32,000 nt of DNA, taken from assembly GCF_020969955.1 (NCBI RefSeq), contig NZ_JAHDSX010000002.1, positions 30,001 through 62,000 of the forward strand, given 5' to 3'. Source of the DNA: Allobaculum fili (GTDB lineage: Bacteria; Bacillota_I; Bacilli_A; Erysipelotrichales; Erysipelotrichaceae). The translations under genes and the position numbers were made by a program. Shown in pieces: positions 26,451 to 32,000 of this stretch. The notes beneath the pieces were generated by a model. It made no database searches. It was given only the letters and a program-made list of their open reading frames with translations, and was not told the origin of the DNA. The first letter of the stretch is position 1. Each line of letters begins with the position of its first letter.

Positions 26451-26618
26451 ATGAAGCAATACAAATTTGAAATCATGAGGTCAGGCAATCTTGTCTCATC
26501 ACTTACTGAAATGGAGAGTTTTGTTAACAAATATGCAAAAAAGGGATGGGATTTGAAGTCTATTCAGCATTTCCCAGATATGTCGACGTACCTCTTCATA
26601 TTCACCAAAACAGTTTAA
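26451..26618 (+). CDS. 55-aa DUF4177-like protein (not in the ORF track)
   Basis: A strong AAAGGAGGGTG RBS sits 5 nt before the ATG. The protein is MKQYKFEIMRSGNLVSSLTEMESFVNKYAKKGWDLKSIQHFPDMSTYLFIFTKTV. The 'YK..........e....n.ya.kGWdL.s' pattern is typical of DUF4177. Confidence 0.55.
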   Translation: MKQYKFEIMRSGNLVSSLTEMESFVNKYAKKGWDLKSIQHFPDMSTYLFIFTKTV

Positions 26619-26641
26619 GGAGCTTTGAAAGGAGGTCCGAA

Positions 26642-27172
26642 ATGGCAAAAGACGGTACTAGACGAGGCGGAGCAAGACCTGGAGCAGGTCGAAAAAAGAA
26701 GTCCGCAATTGAAAAAATGGATGCTGGAGAGGCCATTTCTTTGATCTTACCAGAACCGGTAGACCTGATTGGGACGGATTGTCCTCCGGTCAAGGAATAC
26801 CTGAAAGCCAATCAGAAATGCGGCATTGACCTGTCCGCAGCCGATGTGTTTGAGGATACATGGAAGTGGCTGGCTGCCAGAGGGTGCGAAAAGCTGGTCT
26901 CTCAAAATCTGATCGAGCAGTACGCAATGTCCGTTGCTCGATATATTCAGTGCGAGACCGCTATTTCTGACTACGGATTTCTGGCTAAACACCCTACAAG
27001 TGGAAATCCAATGCAGTCTCCCTATGTGGCGATGAGCCAGAACTACATGAAGCAGGCCAACCAGATCTGGTATCAGATCTTCCAGGTGGTAAAGGAAAAC
27101 TGCACCGAGTCCTGGAGCGGAAACACACCGCAGGATAACGTGATGGAGCTGTTGCTCCGGAAAAAAGGATAG
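26642..27172 (+). CDS. terS: Terminase small subunit, P27 family
   Basis: ATG 26642 follows GGAGGT. The N-terminus is basic ('GGARPGAGRKKKS'). 'LIEQYAMSVARYIQCETAISDYGFL...SPYVAMSQNYMKQANQIW' is P27-type. Confidence 0.8.
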   Translation: MAKDGTRRGGARPGAGRKKKSAIEKMDAGEAISLILPEPVDLIGTDCPPVKEYLKANQKCGIDLSAADVFEDTWKWLAARGCEKLVSQNLIEQYAMSVARYIQCETAISDYGFLAKHPTSGNPMQSPYVAMSQNYMKQANQIWYQIFQVVKENCTESWSGNTPQDNVMELLLRKKG

Positions 27173-27183
27173 GAGGTCCTCTC

Positions 27184-28434
27184 TTGATTATCGAAACGAA
27201 AAAACTGCAGGAGCTTATCCCTGCTGACTATAACCCGCGAAAAGATCTGCAGCCTGGTGATCCAGAATATGAAAAACTCAAACGCTCCATCGATGAGTTT
27301 GGTTATGTCGATCCCATCATCTGGAACAAAAGAACCGGTAGAATCTGTGGAGGACATCAGAGATTTAAAATTTTGAAGGCCCAGGGTGTAGAAGAAGCCG
27401 AAGTAGTGATCGTCGACTTCGACGAGGAGAAGGAGAAAGCCTTCAATATTGCTCTCAACAAGGTAAATGGTGATTGGGACAAGGACAAGCTGGCCCTGCT
27501 GATCACCGATCTGCAGGCCTCGGACTTTGATGTATCTCTGACCGGCTTTGACCCTGCGGAGCTGGATGATCTGATGGGCAGCGACAGTGATGCAAAAGAC
27601 GATAACTTTGATGTGCAGGCTGAATTGGAGAAGCCTGCTTTTTCTTTGCCCGGAGATATCTGGACCATCGGAAAACACCGAGTCATCTGTGGGGATTCAA
27701 CGGACCCAACGGTCTTTGAACGACTGCTCCAGGACACCAAGGTCAATCTGGTGTGCACCGATGCTCCCTATTTCGTCGATCTGAACAGCACGTCCGGAAA
27801 GATCAAAAACGACAACCTCAACGACAAGGAAGCCTACGAATTCCTGATGAAGGTCTTCACCAATCTCAAAAACGCCATGGCTATTGATGCTTCCATTTAC
27901 GAGTTCTACGCGACGATGAAATCCAGAATTTTCTATGACGCATTCGAAGATGCTGGTTTCAAAGTCGGAGCAGGTCTCGTCTGGAAGAAACCTCGGGCTC
28001 CCTTCATGCGAACCGACTGGAAATTCAACATGGAGCCCATCATCTTCGGCTGGCGAAAAGATGGAAAGCACAAATGGTATGGCGACCAGAAGCAGACGGC
28101 TGTGTTTGAATTCGACGGAATTAAGGATTCCAAAAAAGACGGACACGGCCATCCATCTTCCAAGCCAATCCCGCTGATTGCTTATCTGATTGAGCAGTCC
28201 ACTGCGACCAACGGACTGGTGCTGGATTGCTTCCTGGGTTCTGCTTCCACCCTGATGGCCTGCGAACAGATCAATCGCATCTGCTACGGCATCGAGCTGG
28301 AACCGAAGTTTGTCGATGTAGCCGTCAAGCGATACATCGAGTACACGGGTTCTAACCAGGATGTGTTTGTCATTCGTGATGGTAAAAAGCTCCCGTACTC
28401 CGCTGTTGTTCCTGCTTCGGAAGAGTCGGAATAA
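27184..28434 (+). CDS. ParB-like nuclease domain fused to a beta-class N6A/N4C DNA methyltransferase
   Basis: The TTG start follows AGGAGG. The ParB-N region is 'ADYNPRKD...FGYVDPIIWN...GGHQRF'. Motif IV is 'CTDAPYF'. Motif I, 'VLDCFLGSASTLMA', is C-terminal (IV before I means beta class). Confidence 0.8.
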   Translation: MIIETKKLQELIPADYNPRKDLQPGDPEYEKLKRSIDEFGYVDPIIWNKRTGRICGGHQRFKILKAQGVEEAEVVIVDFDEEKEKAFNIALNKVNGDWDKDKLALLITDLQASDFDVSLTGFDPAELDDLMGSDSDAKDDNFDVQAELEKPAFSLPGDIWTIGKHRVICGDSTDPTVFERLLQDTKVNLVCTDAPYFVDLNSTSGKIKNDNLNDKEAYEFLMKVFTNLKNAMAIDASIYEFYATMKSRIFYDAFEDAGFKVGAGLVWKKPRAPFMRTDWKFNMEPIIFGWRKDGKHKWYGDQKQTAVFEFDGIKDSKKDGHGHPSSKPIPLIAYLIEQSTATNGLVLDCFLGSASTLMACEQINRICYGIELEPKFVDVAVKRYIEYTGSNQDVFVIRDGKKLPYSAVVPASEESE

Positions 28435-28468
28435 AGTGCTTTATCTATCGGTCTTTTTCCTAATTATA

Positions 28469-28508
28469 GCTTGCTATGTATCTCCTTTAGAGTGATATAT
28501 ACAGTGCC
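28469..28508 (+). promoter_or_regulatory. Promoter-like 40-bp repeat, copy A (TTGCTA ... TGaTATATA)
   Basis: GCTTGCTATGTATCTcCtTTAGAGTGATATATACAGTgCC matches copy B at 37/40 positions. It ends 22 nt upstream of the amidoligase ATG. Confidence 0.55.
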
Positions 28509-28530
28509 CGGAGGGCAAGGGAGAACAAGC

Positions 28531-29457
28531 ATGAAGAACACAGCGAAACAGATCGAAAACATGAAGAAACAGACGATTGGGGTCGAGATCGAAATGGCAG
28601 GCATTACTCGCAAGGCAGCCATCAAGGTCATCGCAAAGTACTTCAACACCGAAGACACCATCGAACACCAGGGTGGCGGATACGACCGCTACACCTGCGA
28701 AGACAACCAGGGCAGAACCTGGCAGATCATGAAGGACGTCAGCATCCAGGACACCTTCAGCAAGCAGACCGAGATGGTTACCCCGATTCTTCACTACGAA
28801 GACATCGAAACCCTGCAGGAGCTGGTCAGAGCCCTTCGCAAACGCGGAGCCATTTCCAACCCGGAACACGGATGCGGAGTTCACATCCACATCGGAGCCG
28901 ACGGCCACAACGCAAAAGCCCTGCGGAATCTGGTCAACATCATGGCAAGCCATGAAGCCCTGATCAAAGAAGCCTTGAACCTCGACAACGCACGCGTTAG
29001 ACGCTATTGCCGGATGGTTGACCAAGACTTCCTCGAAAAGCTCAACGACAAAAAGCCAGCCACCATGAGCCAGCTTGCAGACCTTTGGTACGCAGGAACC
29101 TGGGGTTCCAGAAACGCCCACTACAACGAATCGAGATACCACATGCTTAACCTCCACGCCACCTTCACCAAGGGAACCATCGAGTTCAGACTTTTCCAAT
29201 TTGACAACCCAACCGAAGATCGCAAGGGCGGCCTTCACGCAGGACAGCTCAAGAGCTACATCCAGTTTTGCCTGGCACTGAGCCAAATGGCCAAAGATGC
29301 CAAGAGCGCTTCCCCAAGGCCACAGCAGAACGAAAACCCCAAGTACGCGATGAGAACCTGGCTCCTTCGCCTGGGCTTCATTGGAGAAGAATTCAAAACC
29401 GCACGCGAAACCCTGACGAAGAGACTGAGCGGAAACGCAGCCTTCCGGATGGCTTAA
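28531..29457 (+). CDS. Amidoligase_2-family enzyme (glutamine-synthetase/GCS-like putative amide-bond ligase)
   Basis: 308 aa from ATG 28531 (RBS AAGGGAG). 'IGVEIEMAG', 'TEMVTPIL', 'GCGVHIHIG', 'RYHMLNL' and 'GTIEFRLFQ' are the recalled pattern of the phage/plasmid 'putative amidoligase enzyme' family. Confidence 0.7.
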   Translation: MKNTAKQIENMKKQTIGVEIEMAGITRKAAIKVIAKYFNTEDTIEHQGGGYDRYTCEDNQGRTWQIMKDVSIQDTFSKQTEMVTPILHYEDIETLQELVRALRKRGAISNPEHGCGVHIHIGADGHNAKALRNLVNIMASHEALIKEALNLDNARVRRYCRMVDQDFLEKLNDKKPATMSQLADLWYAGTWGSRNAHYNESRYHMLNLHATFTKGTIEFRLFQFDNPTEDRKGGLHAGQLKSYIQFCLALSQMAKDAKSASPRPQQNENPKYAMRTWLLRLGFIGEEFKTARETLTKRLSGNAAFRMA

Positions 29458-29467
29458 GGAGGACAAC

Positions 29468-29920
29468 ATGAAAAACTACGCAGCCTACGGCAGCAACCTC
29501 AACATCGGTCAGATGAGCCACAGATGCCCAGGAGCCAAGCTCCTGGGTACTGCCTGGCTTGAAGACTGGCAGCTTCTCTTCAAAGGAAGCAAGACCGGTT
29601 CCTACCTGACGATCGAACCAAAGAAAGGCAGCCGGGTCCCACTTGGGATCTGGAAGGTGAGCAAAGCCGATGAGCAAATGCTTGATATCTACGAAGGCTG
29701 CCCGGACTTTTACCAGAAGTACGAACAGACGTTGAACGTGTGTCTGGAAGGTGGAACCACCAAACGTATGAAGGTCTTCTTCTACGCAATGCCCACCAGT
29801 GCAAAACTGGGTCTTCCCTCCAGGCGCTACCTTCTGGTCTGTCTTGAAGGCTACCGGGGCTTCGGATTTGACTCGGCCTTTTTAGAAGAAGCCTTGAGGG
29901 CTTCAAGGAGAACGAAATGA
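29468..29920 (+). CDS. Gamma-glutamylcyclotransferase (GGCT/AIG2-like) family protein
   Basis: 150 aa with the typical GGCT N-terminus 'AAYGSNLNIGQMSHRCPGAKLLG' and 'LDIYEG.P..Y'. RBS is AAGGAGG. Confidence 0.75.
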   Translation: MKNYAAYGSNLNIGQMSHRCPGAKLLGTAWLEDWQLLFKGSKTGSYLTIEPKKGSRVPLGIWKVSKADEQMLDIYEGCPDFYQKYEQTLNVCLEGGTTKRMKVFFYAMPTSAKLGLPSRRYLLVCLEGYRGFGFDSAFLEEALRASRRTK

Positions 29921-30135
29921 AAGACATCCCTGCAACAACCCAGATCTGTCCACGGTGCGGACGAAAGTACAAAGAACCGCCTGCTATTTCCAGGCAGGAC
30001 AACAAAACGGAAATCTGCCCCTTGTGTGGGACCAGAGAGGCTCTGGACGCTCTTGGAATTGACCGGCTGGAGCAAGAACACATCCTTTGTACCATCGATT
30101 TCTACAGCCATCAGGCACGCAAAAACAAGAAGTAA
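29917..30135 (+). CDS. Small zinc-ribbon protein (CxxC...CxxC)
   Basis: 72 aa with 'CPRCGRKY' and 'CPLCGTREAL'. An ATGA overlap with the GGCT stop indicates translational coupling. Confidence 0.6.
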   Translation: MKDIPATTQICPRCGRKYKEPPAISRQDNKTEICPLCGTREALDALGIDRLEQEHILCTIDFYSHQARKNKK

Positions 30136-30141
30136 ACCGGT

Positions 30142-30180
30142 AGAATCAGAGAAAGAAAAAGCTCTGATTCTGCTTTATTT
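30142..30180 (+). terminator. Rho-independent terminator closing the amidoligase cassette
   Basis: AGAATCAGAG / CTCTGATTCT 10-bp perfect stem, 10-nt loop, followed by GCTTTATTTAT. Confidence 0.65.
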
Positions 30181-30191
30181 ATCGCTGATTT

Positions 30192-30231
30192 GCTTGCTAT
30201 GTATCTTCGTTAGAGTGATATATACAGTACC
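30192..30231 (+). promoter_or_regulatory. Promoter-like 40-bp repeat, copy B
   Basis: GCTTGCTATGTATCTtCgTTAGAGTGATATATACAGTaCC ends 18 nt upstream of ATG 30250. Confidence 0.55.
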
Positions 30232-30249
30232 AAAACGGAGGACAGAACA

Positions 30250-30564
30250 ATGACAAACAAAGAAGCAAAACATCAGGTATTCATGGAGGCGCATGCAAGA
30301 TGGCTGGCCAACCAGGAGAAACATTACGGATACAACGAGAACGTTGGAAAATACCAGGACGACCTCAACGAGATGGTTTGGGCAGACTGGGAATTCACCG
30401 AAGCCCACGAAAAACTCTGGAGCGACTACATCAGATACTTCGAAGAAGGCATCAGCCCCTACAAAGCAAAGCTGAGCAAGAAAGAAATCGAACGCCGCCT
30501 GGAAAAGAAAATGGACGACATGGTTCAGGCCGAGTTCAAACGCTACGCGAAAGCGACCTACTAG
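30250..30564 (+). CDS. Hypothetical helical protein (104 aa)
   Basis: It has a GGAGG RBS and its own promoter-like repeat and downstream terminator. I recognise no family. Confidence 0.5.
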   Translation: MTNKEAKHQVFMEAHARWLANQEKHYGYNENVGKYQDDLNEMVWADWEFTEAHEKLWSDYIRYFEEGISPYKAKLSKKEIERRLEKKMDDMVQAEFKRYAKATY

Positions 30565-30576
30565 AAAGCAATACCC

Positions 30577-30596
30577 AAAGGCCTGCGGGCCTTTTT
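30577..30596 (+). terminator. Short intrinsic terminator 17 nt upstream of the terL start
   Basis: AAAGGCC tgcg GGCCTTT plus TTTTT, then the GGAGG RBS of terL. Confidence 0.5.
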
Positions 30597-30613
30597 AGAT
30601 TGGAGGTTTCCTT

Positions 30614-32000
30614 ATGGCAATGCGAAAGCTGAAAAAATACAAACCTACAAAGTTCAAGGCTCGCACATCTTATTACGATAAGGAAGCAGCCGACTATGCG
30701 GTTAACTTTATCCAGTGCCTGTGCCACACCAAAGGAACCTGGGCTGGTAAACCCTTTGAGCTGATCGACTGGCAGGAACAGATCGTGAGGGATCTGTTTG
30801 GAATCAAAAAAAAGAACGGTTATCGTCAGTTCAATACAGCCTATATTGAGATAGGAAAAAAGATGGGCAAACAAGTTGCGTTAAATACATTAATTCCTAC
30901 TCCAAAAGGCTTTACCACGATGGGGGAGATCAAGGTTGGCGATACCGTATTCGATGAAACCGGATCTCCGTGTCACGTAGTGGCCAAGAGTCAGGTCGAT
31001 TTTGACGAGCAGGCCTATCGTATTGTGTTCAAAGATGGAGAGGTCATCGAAGCTGGTGAGAACCATCAGTGGATTGGAGAGAAGCATCAAAAACCGATAA
31101 TGATGACAACCGGTGACTTGTACAGGTATTTCCAAACCAAATCCTACAATTTTCGGATTGCTGTCAATGGAGCGCTGGAAGCCCCTGAAGCGGAGCTGCC
31201 GATCGATCCATACCTGATGGGGTATTGGCTTGGTAACGGACATGCCACCAAGCCAGAAATTACTGTAAAGACTTCCGATGTTCCGGAAGTCCTTTTTAAT
31301 GTCCAGCAGAACACTGTAGTCAACAACGCCTGGTTGAATGTTGGCGACTCACTAATTTTCAAAATCAACGAGCTGAAGCCAGTCCTGCTCAAGTCATTCC
31401 ATGACAAAGTGATTCCGATTGAATATCTTCGTGCCTCTAAAGAACAACGGCTCCGCCTTTTGCAGGGATTGATGGACTCTGATGGATGTATCTCAGGAGT
31501 AAAAGGACAAGGAGTTTACTACTCCACAGAAAAGAGGTTAGCGGAAACAGTTAGTGAACTCCTGTGGACGCTGGGAATCAAAAATGCGATCACCTCAACT
31601 CCATCTACGCAACCGGCTAATAGGGATATGCCAAGCCAGGAATGTGGCAGAGTTGCTACCGGTGAAACCTGCTATATGATCAAATTCACCTGCTTTGACG
31701 ATGTGAAAGTTGCTGGTCTATCCAGAAAACTAAAGAATCGGATTCCCAGAAATCCAACGACCAGATCCCATTTTCGATATATCGACTCGATTGAGAAAAT
31801 CGAGAACCGAGGAATGCAATGCATCCAGGTGGATAGCCCGTCCCATCAATACTTGATTGGCAAAAGCTGTCTTCCAACGCACAACTCAGAGCTTGCAGCG
31901 GCCATTGCATTGCTCCTCACCTGCGGAGATGGAGAGCAGCGAGCTGAAGTGTACGGCTGCGCTTCGGATCGTCAGCAGGCATCCATTGTTTTTGATGTTG
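30614..32000 (+). CDS. terL: Terminase large subunit (Terminase_1-like), intein-containing, 3'-truncated by the window edge
   Basis: An open frame runs from ATG 30614 (RBS GGAGG) to the window end, and I checked it codon by codon. It is missing from the ORF track because it has no stop. The exteins join as 'YIEIGKKMGK|SELAAAIALLLTCGDGEQRAEVYGCASDRQQASIVFDV', giving Walker A GKKMGKS and the typical TerL continuation. Confidence 0.85.
   Translation, partial: MAMRKLKKYKPTKFKARTSYYDKEAADYAVNFIQCLCHTKGTWAGKPFELIDWQEQIVRDLFGIKKKNGYRQFNTAYIEIGKKMGKQVALNTLIPTPKGFTTMGEIKVGDTVFDETGSPCHVVAKSQVDFDEQAYRIVFKDGEVIEAGENHQWIGEKHQKPIMMTTGDLYRYFQTKSYNFRIAVNGALEAPEAELPIDPYLMGYWLGNGHATKPEITVKTSDVPEVLFNVQQNTVVNNAWLNVGDSLIFKINELKPVLLKSFHDKVIPIEYLRASKEQRLRLLQGLMDSDGCISGVKGQGVYYSTEKRLAETVSELLWTLGIKNAITSTPSTQPANRDMPSQECGRVATGETCYMIKFTCFDDVKVAGLSRKLKNRIPRNPTTRSHFRYIDSIEKIENRGMQCIQVDSPSHQYLIGKSCLPTHNSELAAAIALLLTCGDGEQRAEVYGCASDRQQASIVFDV
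30872..31885 (+). mobile_element. 338-aa intein with a LAGLIDADG homing-endonuclease domain, inserted in the TerL P-loop
   Basis: Block A 'QVALNTLIPTPKGFTTMGEIKVGD', block B 'GENHQW', LAGLIDADG motifs 'YLMGYWLGNGH' and 'LLQGLMDSDGC', block F 'MQCIQVDSPSHQYLIG', and block G 'CLPTHN' followed by a +1 Ser. Confidence 0.8.

Larger units (their letters stand above)
15851..32000. mobile_element. Prophage-like element (left end, regulatory, replication and packaging modules), continuing beyond the window
   Basis: The gene set is exclusively phage-type: antirepressor, primase-helicase, VRR-NUC, SNF2, late regulator, HNH, TerS and TerL. All genes are on the + strand. A/T content rises at 15.9-18.1 kb. 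The left boundary is approximate, and no integrase or att site is seen in the window. Confidence 0.85.

Noticed and set aside
1-32000. A search for tRNA/tmRNA (an integration target), rRNA and CRISPR repeat arrays.
   Set aside because: I noticed no T-arm-like GGTTCGAATCC-type sequence outside coding frames, no rRNA-like segments, and no regularly spaced 25-40-bp direct repeats. The only repeats are the short iterons, the 9-mers and the 40-bp promoter-like pair.

Overview
The window has two parts. Bases 1-15,850 are ordinary Bacillota-type chromosome at about 50% GC, with GGAGG-type RBSs and lipobox lipoproteins. It carries a 5'-truncated GT2 glycosyltransferase, xth, a tightly coupled minus-strand serC-serA-DUF1015 operon, ruvA, ruvB, recJ-apt-relA, and three paralogous small lipoproteins. 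From about 15,850 to the window end every gene is on the + strand and the content is a prophage-like element. In order it has: a large ImmA/IrrE-protease-HTH fusion; a sigma-region-4-like regulator; three KilAC-type antirepressor-like genes; a prim-pol/D5-type primase-helicase followed by an iteron/AT-rich ori-like spacer; VRR-NUC; an SNF2 helicase; a RinA/ArpU-like late regulator; DUF3310; HNH; and a P27-type small terminase. A 3.4-kb cargo block (ParB-methyltransferase, amidoligase, gamma-glutamylcyclotransferase, zinc ribbon, one unknown) then precedes a large terminase that runs off the window. Three things stand out. (1) The TerL gene, which is absent from the ORF track, is interrupted exactly in its Walker-A P-loop by a 338-aa intein that carries a LAGLIDADG domain and the class-3 signature. 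(2) A self-contained amidoligase/GGCT/zinc-ribbon cassette sits between terS and terL, bracketed by a duplicated 40-bp promoter-like repeat and intrinsic terminators. (3) Intrinsic terminators repeatedly abut the next gene's RBS, and a structured attenuator-like leader precedes one of them, which implies antitermination control. I found no rRNA, tRNA or CRISPR array. All family calls come from motif recognition by eye; no searches were run.
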